A stretch of 64,000 bases of DNA from Podarcis vaucheri (lineage: Eukaryota): the NCBI GenBank assembly GCA_965113315.1, contig OZ220372.1; one strand, written 5' to 3'. Shown piece by piece: positions 50,612 to 64,000 of this stretch. The notes under the pieces are model-generated. The model was given only the letters and a program-made list of their open reading frames with translations, was not told where the DNA came from and did not search any database. The number at the start of each line of letters is the position of its first letter. Within the stretch, counting starts at the first letter, position 1. The position numbers and the translations under genes were made by a program.

Positions 50612-50655
50612 CCATAAATCACTCAGCCCATTTCTCAGCTGCGCCCTTCCTGTCA
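50612..50655 (-). promoter_or_regulatory. Candidate PBX-HOX plus MEIS/PREP enhancer module
   Basis: TGATTTATGG (minus, 50612-50621) and TGACAG (minus, 50650-50655) in a locally CpG-retaining unique segment. Confidence 0.45.
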
Positions 50656-51372
50656 ATATCTGTTACCAGTGACTGTTACCACCTGCTATCCTTCTTGAGC
50701 TTGCCTTCTGCTGTTGCCCTTCTATGCCATCTTCCTTCTATAAACAAGTCCCTATTAGGTGCAGACTGTCCGGGATTCAGCACATTATAAGTCCTTCCTA
50801 GGCTCCTGTATCATATGCATATTCTCTTTCTCTCCTGTTTATATTTTTTGGAATTTAAAAACTGAAGAGAACAATAGAGATTGTCTTCTCTACTTGGAGC
50901 TAGAATTTGTTGTGGTCCTGCCCTATTAGAGAAAAAGTTAAATTGAGATTACAATTTCACAAACATTGGCTAGAGAACTGGGCCAGTTCTGCCATAAGGC
51001 AAAGTGTGACCTGCCTCAGGTGGCAATACTGGAATATCTTTAAAGGTTAGAAATGACCCATTATTTAGTTTAGAATTATATTGTTACCACCTTGGGGGTA
51101 TCACTTATCTGCCTCAGGAATCACAATGTATCATGAATCAGTGGCACAACTCCAGAGCAGAGATGAAGCCTTGGATTAGAACTGCACCAAAGTATGTAGC
51201 TTGGGGGAATGTAGTTTACATGAGAAAGTCCAACTTTTATTCCACTAACTTTTAAAATCTTCAGATCAGTTGGACTGTTGAGGTGCAGTTGGTCTACAGT
51301 GTGCAGCCTTCATGAGACTTCGTTGTAGTAAAGACTTTTGGCTCAGTTGTTTTAACTGTGTATCCTAGACCT

Positions 51373-51374
<2 letters not shown>

Positions 51375-51414
<40 letters not shown>
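51375..51414. repeat. (GA)n microsatellite
   Basis: Directly visible. Confidence 0.95.
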
Positions 51415-51417
<3 letters not shown>

Positions 51418-54400
51418 TCTGTATTGGAAAAAGATAAAAACACATTTTGAGATTATTCCATTTAGGAGCATAAGAAGCTACCTATCTCAGTATAATATAC
51501 TACATTCACTGTCAGCCGTTCTCCAGAATTTCAGGACAGGATTTTCCCCCAGCCCTATTTGGATATTCCAGGGAATGAACCTAGGTTCTTTTGTATCCAA
51601 AACATGTGCTACAACCCTTCCTTTTGTTCCAGCCACCAATAGTGGCTGTTCCTAAATGCAAAGTACACTCTTTTTCAGGTACCCATTTATTAGAATGTTT
51701 TCCCCTTTTAGCACTTTCCCCAGGAAATATATATAGAACTGTTGATCAAATCAGTGTGAAATCTTAACAAAGCTATTTTAGGCTTTTTGCATTGGGTCTT
51801 GTTTTTACCAACTAGATTTGATTTAATTTAATTGGGGAGGGGAAAGGAGGAGAGGGGAAATGCATTAGCTACATTGCAGAACAAATGTGGGAGAAATCTA
51901 ACTCCTTGTAAAAAATACTGAAACCTCACCTCTGTCTCCCACCCCACCCCCTCCATGCAGCTTTTAAGGCTAGAGAATTTGACAGGAAGGACTCTGGCTG
52001 GACACTGCAGGGAAGCATTATGCAATCATGCCAGCAGCTTTGGCACAGCGCCTAGAAGACATCCTTAGGGGTCTTCAAACATAGCCTTAGCTATTCCAGT
52101 AGAGTTATCGATTATCTTTTCTTAACAGACAGCAGTATGAAAGAGCAGCTGCCTATAGAAGTAGGCTTTGCTGAAGGGAGGGAGGCAGGAAAAACACAAA
52201 GGCCCCACTTTGCTGGAACCAGACTGTGCCTGTGCCTGAGAGCAGCAGATTTTGCAGAACACATTCCTTTGAAATGCTAGCATTGAGGTGCATTGACTTC
52301 TATTTTCAAATCTTCACCCCCCTCCTTTCCCAAATGCCTCCAACTTGAGGCAAGCACGTGCCTCCTTAACTCCTCACTGCCTATCTAGTTCATCATGGAA
52401 CATGAAGAAACTCTGTGCACACTCTGTGCAGTCTCTTTGCCTGTATAATCACAGGAGGGATGTCCAAAAGAAAGCAACGTCTGCATGAAACAACCCACAC
52501 ACCCCATCCCGTTTTAGACATATAGAAAAATATAGTGTGAACCAGCATTCTCCAATTGCTTGGAGTTTTGCTATCTACCACCTGCATGGAGGTTATAATA
52601 ATACATAGCATTTATATTAACACTTTAGTGTAGGTTAAATGCTTTGAATACTTCCTCCAAGTAATCCTTACAACTACTCTATAAAGTAGCTATATTTTTC
52701 CCATATTGCAGATGCAGAGTGGATCAGGGCTGAGCTGAGTTGTGGTTTGCTTAAGGCTACTTCATGGCTGCAGCAATAGTTGAACTGAGGGTTTCCCAAT
52801 GCACACTCTTAGCCTTTACACTGCAGCCGCTCTCAGCAGGTTTAGGTAAGTGAACACATTTTGGGGCTCACTCCATCTAACCTTGTGGCTATGTGCTTTA
52901 CAAGGCTATTTATCTTGGAATCCCAACCAACCAAATGGGAGTTTCACACAGCATCAGTGCTCAGACATACTTCCCTGACTTCCCAGCCCCAAACTGCATC
53001 AGTTTCCGCTTTTTCTGGGCATCAGACAATGCAGAAGTATTTCAGCTTGGAACAGGTCAATATAAAAGGTTTCTAATTTTTGTTCCTATACTCCACCCCG
53101 TACAGCCAAACCGAGTTAACTTCGGAATTCTGTGTTGCCTCACATGTCCGTTTAGTTGCAGCAGCTGGAGGGCAAATTTTCTCCCTTATTCAATTAGGAA
53201 ATAATATAGTGAGAGCTTGTTCTCATCCTGGTTGGGGGAAGGTCAAGGAAAAATACAATACTTTGCAGTAAAATCAAATACGGTGGGGCCTGAGATCACA
53301 CTCTCTGACACCCTCTAAGAGCATGTGCAAAAGTAGCAGTATTGCAGCTATAATAACTGTTCTTTTAAAAAGTATTTTTCCAAGAAAGAAAAACAAATGC
53401 AGTTCCTTGTTATGGAATACTATTTGTTAACATAATTGGTTCACAAATTAAATAAAATTATGAACTATGGCTACAATCTATATGCTTTCCTGGGAGTAAG
53501 CTCCATTAATAACAGTAGGACTCACGTCTGAATAAACATGTATAGGATAGTGATGTAAAGGTAGAAGCTTTTTCACCACAAAACATCTCAGATTTTTAGC
53601 TCAGTTTGCAGTGCCAAATCTTCTAGTTCTTTGGTAGGTGTTTCCTTGAATATATAGACATATCTGTTCCTTATACTACCTTGTGTCATAGCACATTGTA
53701 AAGGCTACCACGTTGTTCAAAATCATGTTGGGAGCTGCTAAATTTTGCATTTCCCTTTTGACATTTAGATTTGTAACCTCATCCTGCAACACTGCACTCT
53801 AGAAAAACTCATAGGATTACCGGTACTTCCATAGACTCAAAGAGAACCCAGTGCTAATAGAAGTACATGACACACTTTCAGAGGTAGTGAGGGGACATCC
53901 CCTGTGGTGTCATGCTCAGGAAAGGGACTGATACCTGAAGTAGCAAGACATCTCTCCAAAATCCTGGTGTAGCACTTGGTTCTTTTGGTCACTGTAGTGC
54001 TTCTGCAAATAAAAAAAAAAAAACCTTTCTCCCTGCTGCTTTTCAGGAAAGAGCATCAGTGGTGGAGCATGCAGAAGGTAGCTGTGCTTGGTAAAGAGAC
54101 TTGTAGGCCACATTATACAATAATGTTTCTCCTTAATGGGATGTGGAGAGCTTGTGCATGGGTGTTCAAGCAACTCTGGACAACACAGCCACAGCCTCCA
54201 TTGGAAGGACTTTCTCCCCTGCCAGCCAACAAGCTTGGCAAATGGGAACCTGCTGGTTAAGTGCTCATCTTTCCACTCATTCAGAATTTCTTACTGAATT
54301 GGCAGCCTGGTGGCCCAATAAGCAAACACCACTTTCATAAAGAGATACTCTTGTTATGCACAAAAGAGAGAGATCCTTTGGTTTCAGCCTACAGTTTATC

Positions 54401-54433
54401 TGTCCCTGTTGAGGAAGACTTCTGCTCTAGGTC

Positions 54434-54658
54434 CAGTGGCGGAGCTTCATGCTCCGGCACCAGGGGGGGCAGAGAGCAGGCAGGGGCGGGGCTGGTGCGC
54501 ATCCTGGGGGCGCGTGGCGCTGCCCACAGGGGCATGGCGTGCGTCCTGGGGGCATGGCATGTAGCGTGGTCGGGGGGGAGCAGCTGTGATGGCACCCCAG
54601 CGGGATCACGCTGCCGGGGGCAGTGCACTCCCCCTGCACTCCTATTCCTCCGCCAGTG
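54434..54658. mobile_element. GC-rich hAT MITE
   Basis: TIRs cagtggcggag / ctccgccagtg. Perfect 8-bp TSD tctaggtc (54426-54433, 54659-54666). Confidence 0.9.
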
Positions 54659-55594
54659 TCTAGGTCCACTGAATATGTCATATGAAGGAGAGAACACTAG
54701 GACTGGCCACAAAGCTCTCTGACTGACTTCTGGCAAGGAAATTCAAGCAGAAATTGTGCTCCTTTTGGCTTTCAGCAGGGCCTACCCTTCTGGGTAAATA
54801 ACGAACCAGTCCTTACTTGAAGAGATGTTTTGCTCCCAGGCCAGCTTTCTGACAGGGGCATAATCTGCCATCCCACGCAAGAAGCATGCTCCTCTCTACT
54901 GCCAAATTGAAGGAGAATCCAGTTTGGATGCCAGGAAGGATGTAACTCCTGAACTAATCCTGGAAAGGGAACAATATCAAGCATGGGAGTTCCCATTTTT
55001 GGCTGCCACCAGATCTATTTTATGGAAGTAGCTCTGTAGCATGCCAAAGCCCAGAGCAACAATTTTGGGCAACACTAATTCAGTTCCAATATTAACATGC
55101 AAAAGGACAGGTGGAGCCGAGCAGGAGGGAAGCACAGAGCTCTCTTTCTCAAACAGACCTGCTTTCTTTTTCTGCTTGATGATTGAGGTTAAGTCTCTTC
55201 ACCCAGAGTTTTTTCAGCTGAGAAAACAGGTGCTAAAGCATCTGGAAAAGTGGATTAATCAGCCCAGGAGTGATACCCTTTATAATTGGGTAATGACCCT
55301 CATATCACAAGAAGCAGAAAGCTTTTTCCTTTCAAACTTCCATTAACAGATCTACTGCCGCTCCAACAACCTATGTAATTTTGGAAGGGGAATTGCTTCT
55401 ATTGAGAAACTACCTGACGCTGGCCTGGTTCGTAAGCAACAGGCCACTGCCTATGTTTGCTTCTTGGTGCTTGAAATGGTGTTTAAGTGTCGTAAGGAGC
55501 CAACATTACAAGTCAGGTTGCAGAGAGAGGTTATTTTGTTTGCTTGCTTGTTTTGTTTTACTATGCTCTGACGCCTCCAGTGGGTAAAACGAGT

Positions 55595-55662
55595 CTTGCA
55601 TTGCAGGAGGTTGGACTTGATGACCCTTGTGGTCCATTCCAACTCTACAATTCAATGGTTCT
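55595..55662 (+). mobile_element. CR1 LINE extreme 3' end
   Basis: gcattgcaggaggttggacttgatgaccctt...ttccaactctacaattc. Confidence 0.7.
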
Positions 55663-57843
55663 TTGAAGTCTGAGGAGTTGCTCAGGAGAAATGGCCTTCC
55701 TTTCCTGACACAGCTTCTCTGTGCTTGGCTTCTCCCCCCGCAGCTGGTACTGCAGCAAAACACACTGCTGTTGAGCTGCTCTTTTCTGTCCCAAACCTGC
55801 CTGGATGTCAGGCCTAGAAGCAAGACAAGGCTTATCTGCTGTGATCTGACCTTGGCATTGCTTAGCAGTACACAATGGCATTCTGAAGCTCTTCACAAAA
55901 TGGCATCCAGTAGTTTCTGGAACCCACAGACACCAAGACAATAGTGCAAGAACTGTAAAAAGCAAACTAAAAGGGTTCCCTGGTATGTCTCCCATTTTCC
56001 CGCCTTTTTTACTTCAGGAATGTTACTGGTGACAAGAGTGGTTGTTGCCCTAGCCTGCCTTTCCTTCTGATATCCTCAGTGAGGCAGAGCAGGCATATGG
56101 AAGGGTGGCTGTCATCTGTCCCTCTTTTCCTGAGGGAGCAGCCATCCTTCCCCTACAAAGGCCTAATAGAAGCACTGAGGCCTAACAAGTTTGGCAAACA
56201 AGGGTGCTAACAGTACTGTTGGCAAGTTAAATGAAGTTCCTGGAAAGTCCCTCTGCCACCTCGTGGAGTGTGAAAAAGTAGCATAAGCCCCTTGTGGAAT
56301 TAGCAGTCCCTTGTGGTAGTGCTTTAAATTAAGTGTAGCCAGAGATGTGAAAAGCTGCTTTTATTCCTAAGAAGCTCGTGTCTCTCACTTGAGGGACGCT
56401 AGAGAACACAGCTGAAATCTCATTGCAATACTAGATGGAGAGGAAGGGCAGCCCTGGTTCTTTTTTCTGCGGGGAAACCAGTTCCCTCTTTTGTGAGGTG
56501 CAGCATTGGAATGGGACAGAAAAGTCAAAGTTTTTCAGGGAAAGCAAAATGGTAGAGAAGAGCAGCTTTCCAGAGGATGCAACTCTCTCATTTCAACTTA
56601 TGAGGCACAGGGCTGGTGTGTTGCAAGAGCCAGGCAGCATCACCGAGGCATGGCCTTGAGGTAAGAATAAAATGGAGAGGGGTGGCAACTGAACTCCCTC
56701 CCCTCTTAAGCAGCTGCCTGTCTTTTCTTCTGTAAGTAGGAAGTGGCACTGTTGCTCTGGGGCTTGAGACATTGGAAACAGTCCCACAAGGGTTTCTCTT
56801 CATATGCAAGCTTTCCAGCTGGTGGAAAGGTTACCACTCCTTGCCAGGTGTTTCGAAAGTTGAATGTGGGAGGCTGCCTTGTGCTGAGTCAGATCATTGC
56901 TCCATCTGACTCAGTGTTCTCTATGCTATCTGCCAGGGGTCTCTTCCAGACCTGCCTGGAGATGCTGGGGAGAGATCCTGGGACCTTCTATATCTAGGGC
57001 AGCTGTTCTGCCACTGAGCTACAGCTCTTCCTAAAAAGACAGCTGGGCATTTTTGTGTGTGTTCATGCATGTGCGCACACAATCTGGCACAAAAACAAGT
57101 TTGGGCAATCCCCTCATACTTCCCTGAATACTAGCACGTCTGATCATCAGTTTACTGAATGGTAGAGTACAACCCAGGAGTCTATAGATCTTCTGAAAGT
57201 TAGATCAAATACAGGCCTGAAAAGAAGAGAATTCCCTTGCATTTATCACCAGAAGTTTCAGAGAATCAAAAAGTTGTCCCTGAGAAAAGAGATATCACAC
57301 ATGGGCACAACTTGAGGTAGCAAGTTTCATCAAGGGGTTCTCTTTGTCAAATTTCCTACCCTCCTCCCTCAGAAACAGAGAGCAGTGGACTGTCCGGTGA
57401 ATAAAATCAGAGTTTTAGAACTTTCTCCTGTGGAGTAGATGCTTCCTCACCCCAAGCATAGAAGGGATAGAGCAGGACAGACACATTCAATTCTGAGTGA
57501 GGATTTCCCCACCTTTTATCTGAAGTCATTATACAGTAAGCCCACAATTTATATGCCTTTGGGTTGTGCACATTCAGCTTTATGAGCATGGCAAAAAAAT
57601 AGAAAAGGGTGGGGTTCTGGGAACTCAATGTTTTGACTATACACAATTTCGGCTTTAGGCGCAATCCCCGGAACATAACCCCTATGTAAATTTGGGCTGA
57701 TTGCAATAGGATGAGGAGCTTGCTTCTGTTTAGAGAGCTGATTCCTCTCCCAAGACTTCTGAGGTCATTGAGGCATTTCCAAAGGCAGTAGCAGAAAGCC
57801 AGGTTAGGTTCTCCAGGTGGGTGCAGTTTAAATAAGTAAGAAA

Positions 57844-58180
57844 CGGGACGCAGGTGGCGCTGTGGTCTAAACTACTGAGCCTAGGGCTTGCCGATCAGAA
57901 GGTCGGCGGTTTGAATCCCTGCGACGGGGGAGCTCCCGTTGCTTGGTCCCTGCTCCTGCCAACCTAGCAAGTAGATAAATAGGTACCGCTCCAGCGGGAA
58001 GGTAAACGGCGTTTCCATCCACTGCTCTGGTTCGCCAGAAGCAGCTTAGTCATGCTGGCCACATGACCCGGAAGCTGTCTGCGGACAAACGCTGGCTCCC
58101 TTGGCCAGTAAAACAAGAGGAGCGCCGCAACTCCAGAGTCGTCCGCAACTGGACCTAACAGTAAGGGGTCCCTTTATCTT
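57844..58180 (+). mobile_element. Sauria SINE, near full length
   Basis: Head gggacgcaggtggcgctgtgg; 11-bp TSD taagtaagaaa (57833-57843, 58181-58191). Confidence 0.95.
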
Positions 58181-61100
58181 TAAGTAAGAAAGAATTGCCC
58201 TTCAGTAGTTTGGATGGCCTCCTGGAAGGTCATGTAGTTGCACTGGTTAGTTGTCCGTAAGAATGATATAAATTGGCTAAAGTTTCTGCCTGTGGCAGTG
58301 GATATAAGTTTAGATACCCTTGTCTGCTTCCACCTTTGCAACTGATAGCGTGAGGTTTAATGCCATTACGGCGGCATTAGTTGGTTCTCTGTCTTCCAGG
58401 TCTTACTATTATTTGGCTTAAAGACCTATTGGAATGTACACCTCAAAATTTATGTGATTTGTTTTTCCTTGTAAGGCTGTGGTTTCTGCCCATTGGCTTA
58501 GATATGTTCTTGGATACTATGTTTTTTTCTACCTGTAGTTTGGCAGCAGATGGGGTCAGGCCAAATGTATCAATTGCAGCATATGGCCATTTCACAGTCT
58601 AATAGGAATTATCCATTGTTAAGTGAGCTTGGTTTGGGCCATGAAAATAATTCAAATAAATGGGTAGCTCAAAGTCACTATTGAAGCTTGCAATCACACC
58701 TGGTTTCACTAGTACATACAGATGAATCCTATAGAGCTAGATCAAGTCCACCGTCACCCAGGAATAAGGAATGACACAAGCTCAATGCCCAATGGGGACC
58801 CCTTGGCCTATACAAAATGTTCCCTTGCCCCAAACTCCTAGTCTGCCTGGAAAAATCTTTCACTATTGGCGTGTAGGGGTGAACTTTCCAGAAGTGGGGC
58901 TTGAGAGCACATTGCCTAGCATATAATGCCTAGCCTTGGCATCTCCTCCAAAGGGGTATGACAGCCCTCTCCATGCATAGAGCATCTATCTTGGCTGCCA
59001 TAGATCTAACACACCACTAAAAGCCTCCATGACATTCTCAGTGGGTGAACCCTCCATCTTCATGTGACATTTGCCAAATTATCCTTCCATCGAAGGGTCC
59101 TGCAACAAGTATTACAAAGTGTTTTTTCTCTGTGTTTTGGGAATATTGCTATTGGATAGCCCTTTGTTGTCTGCTCAACTCCCTTGACTTGAGAATGGAA
59201 GCTTTGTTACCAAGTGTTCTTCTGGTCAGCAGACACCCCCCCCCCCGTATTAGTACAACCAATCATGGAGGGTGGTTCACATCTTCTTCTGTGCTATTTA
59301 CCACAAATTTTCAATAAAGGACACTGTGGAGGTTTCCCGTCTCTCCATATTATTCTTTACTACTATTCTGCTGGCAACAAATGTAATCTGCCAATGGCTT
59401 TTTGTTTGTAGGAAATTTCTATGGTTAAGTCCCGAAACTAGAAGGTTCCTCCTCATCAGGAAGGACAGGTTTTTTTCTGATTGGCACTGCCTTCTTCTTG
59501 AACAGGCGTTAATCCTCTGCTCCCTGCTGACCAGAACATGACTCCAACTTTTTGTTCTCCCCTGGTCAACTGGTATTTTTAAAATGATCCATTACTCTGG
59601 GTGAGTTGGATAATGGCTTCACAACCAGCACAAGAGACAACCAGTCAGCTTTGTGCACAGCCACCTTTTATTGGAAACGGGGGAAACTTGTGGCTCCAGT
59701 ATGTGGGAGTTTCGTCTAATAAAAAAAAAAAGGCAAATGAAGGGAGCACATGCTGTGCAAATGAGAGATGTCTGTACATATCCAGGTTTTCAGAACAGAA
59801 TGCAGTTTGTTTGGCTTCAGATATTTGCATATATTATTCCAGCCAAAGCTAGAAGGTACCAACCATTCTCTTACCAAAAGTTGTCCTTTATCTTGGCAGA
59901 CATAAATTCACTCAGCCATAACTGACTAGTTGCCCTTGTATAAATCCTTCCTATTCCTCACTGGAAACAGACCGTGTTCATGTTGGAACTACTGGTGCAA
60001 ATGGAGGCCTGTGGCACAGAATGGAGGGTTTAAATTGCTCTGTAGAAGAGTGAAGTATATAGATGGTTAAGAAAACAAAAACAAATCCACAATAGCTAAT
60101 GTTCTTTATGTTCTGAATCCCAGGAAAATTTTAGTTTCAGCTCTGGTTTTTCAAAACTTGCTACGAGTCTCTTGCACCAAAGCAAGGTGTTTGGGAACTT
60201 GTGTCCATTACATACACAGATTCCACTATCACTGCTTACTAGTCAAGCATTCGTATTTTAATAGTGTTCATTGCCTCTTCAGTCATGAACATGTTATAAA
60301 TTATAAAAAGAAAAGGCAAAAGTAGGAATAAACATAGAAACAGACCTTACACCTCCCTCCAAGTAAAAGAAGATGGATGTAGTGTCAGGCTCAATTAGAT
60401 CCAATTGTGCTGGCTTTTGCCAACAAGAACAATGCCGCTTGTGTGACGAACTCCCAGCAGAAAGCATGAAATATTTTAAATAAAAGCAGCAATAGCCATC
60501 TAGGTGCTAGCTTCCTCTTGAGGGCACAGTGGAGGTCCAGTAAAACCTTACTCTGAACAGGAAATGCAAGGATGGCCTCCTCCCAACCCCAGGCAGAAAT
60601 TTAATCTTGTTCCTTTCCATGTGTTAGAACATGAATGTATTTCAGTGTTGAAGGAGAAACTGATGTTGCGGGTTCCACTGTAGCTGAGGAAGTGCCTGTC
60701 TTTCTGCTGTAGTTTTATGGACAGTTTACCTGGGGTACTGTTAGCTGAGAAGCCAACTAGTAGAGAGGAGAGTTTGAATGGAAGAGAGTAGCCTGCAGCA
60801 GCCCTGGAAGTGCTTGAAATGCAAATGTACAGGAACTCCAGACCATCCCCCACCCCCGCCCTCCACATGGAGGAAAAGCAGCTTAAATACAGCCAGGCCT
60901 GGAGAGGAATGTTAAAAAGAGGGAAAGAACCACCCCTCCTCCCTTCCATGGGGACCCTCACACAGCAAGATTCAGTATGCATGACTGAACAAGCAAGCAA
61001 GGACAGCTCCTCTTTTAACTTTCCTGAACAATGGCTGCTGCTCCTTCCACCATTTCACATTCTCTCTACCCCCCCCTTTAATAAGAAAAGAAGGGGAGAA

Positions 61101-61785
61101 AGCCATGCTGCATGACTTAGAAAGAAAAAGCTTTGTTTTATGCTCGATAAGCACTGCTTAACCCCCCACTACAGTTTTGAAAAATCCTCAGTAGAAGTTT
61201 TTTTAAAACTGTCAGGCCAAAAGTCACAGATGAGTACAAAAGGGGTGGGGGAACCTCCCCCCCCCGGGCTATTTTTAACATCCAAGTTTGGCTTTCACTT
61301 TATTTTCAAGACTTGGATGATTCGCATGGTTTCATCCTTTTGCCATCCAAGTTTCTAGTTATCCAGATTCACTTGATATTTAATGCAGCAACTGAGGATA
61401 TTGCCTCTGTTGAAAAGGAAAAACCAAACATTGCTGTACTGTTCTCAGCATCTGTAAAAAAAAACTTATTAAAACTCCAGTAGCAATAGTGATTTGCCCA
61501 ACAGTGAACTGAAAGCTATTACTGGACAGGTTCAATTACATATTACATGTAGACAGACTAGGATAAGCTAGGACTAACAGATCCTTCCAAATGGAACCAA
61601 TTGCTCAGTTGTGGACTTCTAATTCTGAAGTTGTTTAGCCTCCTGTACTAGAAGGACAAAGCATTCCAACTCCTTTGATTCACTAGACCAAATTGCTTAC
61701 TGACTGCTTACTGACAGAGGAGACAGGGCAAGAGCTCTGTGATGTGTCTCTTCTCACAACTTTTGATCAAATATACCTGCCTTTT

Positions 61786-61916
61786 AAAAAGACAAAGACA
61801 ACACAGATACAACTTTTTTTTTTCAAAAACATACTTCATATTTCCTCTTTTATTATATAAATATCAGTTTAACCTTTTACTGTAAGAATATAAAATGTTT
61901 TAAGAGGATCTTTATT
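61786..61916 (-). terminator. Polyadenylation site: AATAAA at 61911-61916 and 61849-61854, with a GU-rich downstream element at 61786-61813
   Basis: Minus strand reads ...AATAAAagaggaaatatgaagtatgtttttgaaaaaaaaaaGTTGTATCTGTGTTGTCTTTGTCTTTTT. Confidence 0.7.
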
Positions 61917-64000
61917 TTATACAAATTCACAAACAGTACATTTATTCCATGGTGGGGTTATGTGTCTGGGCTTGTCTGAATTCCATTACCTGCAACTGTG
62001 GAGGATTTGAAAATCTGCTCAACTGCCCCTTCTTCCCCCATCATTTTTGCTTTCTTCAAAGCTGACTTATTTCTCCTTTTAAAGACAAGTAGTCAAGAAG
62101 TGGCTTTAATTTAATGAGAGAAGAGAAACAATAAATGAAACCAACTTTTCCCATTCATGTTACAACTACAAGTCAGTCCACTCTGCTCTTCTTTCTACTT
62201 CCATATAGGAAGCTTCTTACTTGACCTAGGTAATTTGAGAGAAGGGGAGGTGGGGATTTGCATAATATATATATATTTAAAGAAACGGTGTTTCTATTTC
62301 ACATCTCTTTTAACCATAGCCCAATCATAAGTTTGGATGTTTACATGTTACACCTTTTTGTGCTAGAAGAGTAGAAATGCAAGAGCATCATTGGGTCCCC
62401 AGAACTTTAGTCAGAGAGGGAGAGGCACAAAGATGATGTGTATGTGGGACACAGGGGGAAAGAAACCCCAACCAGCCTCCCCCCTTGCAATCATAAACCC
62501 AAGAGATTATCTTTCCAGTCTAGGCACAAAATATTTCAGTCTCTTATCTTTCTTATAAAAACTCCTGGGGGAGGGGGTTGAGAACAAAAACAAAACAAAA
62601 CCCCAAAACCCGAGGTAGCCAAACATTTATATAGAGAATATATTAAGCAGTAAAAGTGTACTTAAAAATCCACAAGAACAGCCACTTCAAATGTCTTTCA
62701 AAATTAGACTATGTATGAAGATGAATACTGAAGAGAAGAGAATGAATAAAAAAAGCTGAGCTCACCCACAAGACTTTTCAGGGAAGGGAAGCTTTGTAGA
62801 GTAGTTTTGTTTGTTATGTGTTTCTAAATAAAAGACAGTCATAGTATTTCTAGTGAAAAGTACAAGTGAAGATTAATTCCATCGTTCATACACCCTCAAT
62901 TCTCCAAATGGAAAAGATGTGTGGTTGGATATGTTGTTAAAAGTATATATTATCCCAAGCTACACACACACACATAAAGGAGGGGAAAGATGGAGTAAGG
63001 AGGGAGAGAGAGGCGGGGGGGGGGAGAATTATAAAATGTTGAACAAAGGTGACTTCAACCTCTAGACTGAGACTGCAATCTTATGCACATTTACCTGGGA
63101 GTACAGCCTACTGAAAACAGTGGGATTTACTTCAAAGTAAATATGCATAGGATTGTACTGTTAACTGGCAGCAAAGGAAAGATGGTGATGGGGTTGGTTG
63201 GATACAGCATAAAATGAGTCCAAGGGAGAAATACTGTGTTTGATGTCTCCTCCCCTTTTTCTGCAAGCAACAGTAAGAAGTATGAGTGCACTTCAGTTGA
63301 CACTCCATTTATAGTGCTGTGTCAAAGAAACATCACCTGCTCAGGGGAGAAATCTAAAAAGCATGGCTGTTTCTAGCCTCAAGCACAAGGTGGGGGGCAG
63401 GAAGAGTAAAATAGAAGTATTATGGCCCAGAAGAGGTAGTATGATAGGGCTGGGAAAGACTCCTGCCTGAGTTTCTGGAGAGCTGCTACTAGTCAGTGTG
63501 GATAATACTGAATGAGATGGATCAATGGCCTGACTTGGTATAAGGCAGCTTTCTATGTTCCTGTGATATCTACAGCTTGTCTACATACCATATAAAGAAA
63601 GGGGTGGATGACTACAAAAAGCAAACTAGGAACGGGTGAACAAGCAATAATGGAAAAGAAGTAGGAAAGAAAGAGACTTATGCATGCTCAATAAAGAGCC
63701 AGTCTGCAGTAAATAACAACAATGGCGGGCTAGGTTTTCTTCTTCCATCCCTAGTGCAGAAGGGGGGTGGGGGGTGGAATCAGATTTGGAGAAAGGGGCT
63801 GTATTCATCCCCAGTGCATAAAAGATTGAGAAGCTGCATTCCCAATAGAAAAAGGTAAGGACAGTGATACTGTATCCATCCACAGTGAAGGCTGATATAA
63901 GAGTGCAGTTGTCTCCCACTGGTGCAGGGGAGGGAATTATGAAAGAACGGTGGGTTTTCCCTCTTTCCCACCTCCACTGCTATGGCAGGTAATTGAGGGG
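61825..64000 (-). other. Distal part of a long 3' UTR of an unidentified minus-strand gene; upstream extent inferred
   Basis: U-rich, repeat-poor minus-strand sequence ending in two AATAAA signals. Confidence 0.6.
63071..63160. mobile_element. ~90-bp hairpin MITE; relatives at ~19645-19728, 39907-39995 and 53469-53555
   Basis: ctgcaatc.tatgca..ttac.tgggagta...ttactt...gtaaa.atgcataggattg inverted symmetry, repeated in the window. Confidence 0.6.

Noticed and set aside
54261-54736. GC-rich patch with 153- and 115-aa ORFs suggesting an exon or CpG island
   Set aside because: Explained by a hAT MITE with TIRs and a perfect 8-bp TSD.
61825-64000. Assigning a gene symbol to the minus-strand 3' UTR or to the CpG-island gene
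   Set aside because: No coding sequence is in the window, and I cannot identify it reliably without a search.

Overview
Squamate (most likely lacertid lizard) genomic DNA, judged from Sauria SINEs, a BovB LINE, CR1/L1/RTE fragments and many hAT/Tc1 MITEs. No host protein-coding exon could be identified. The host features are two CpG islands (~13.9-15.2 kb, with a candidate first exon, and ~47.1-47.85 kb), several enhancer-like motif clusters, and the polyadenylated end of a long 3' UTR on the minus strand (~61.8 kb to the window end). The most striking structure is a set of Penelope-like retroelement (PLE) insertions that are all fold-back palindromes. (1) 1-2690 is an array of five alternating-orientation copies separated by (TA)n, including a 955-bp-arm inverted repeat carrying a GIY-YIG endonuclease ORF. 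(2) 10599-11148 holds two mini fold-back units of the same family in a (TG)n(TA)n microsatellite. (3) 5575-5755 is a perfect 150-bp palindrome of a second family with a 12-bp TSD. The terminal repeat carries a minimal hammerhead-ribozyme motif (CUGAAGA-U-stem II-GAAACGUC; 7 full copies). Most units have a 30-33-nt unpaired tail on one side. Both arms of a unit share the same variants, and two units fold back exactly at the ribozyme stem II loop. PLE hammerheads and inverted pLTRs are known in principle; the serial, polarised, microsatellite-nested arrangement and the junction details are what deserve follow-up.
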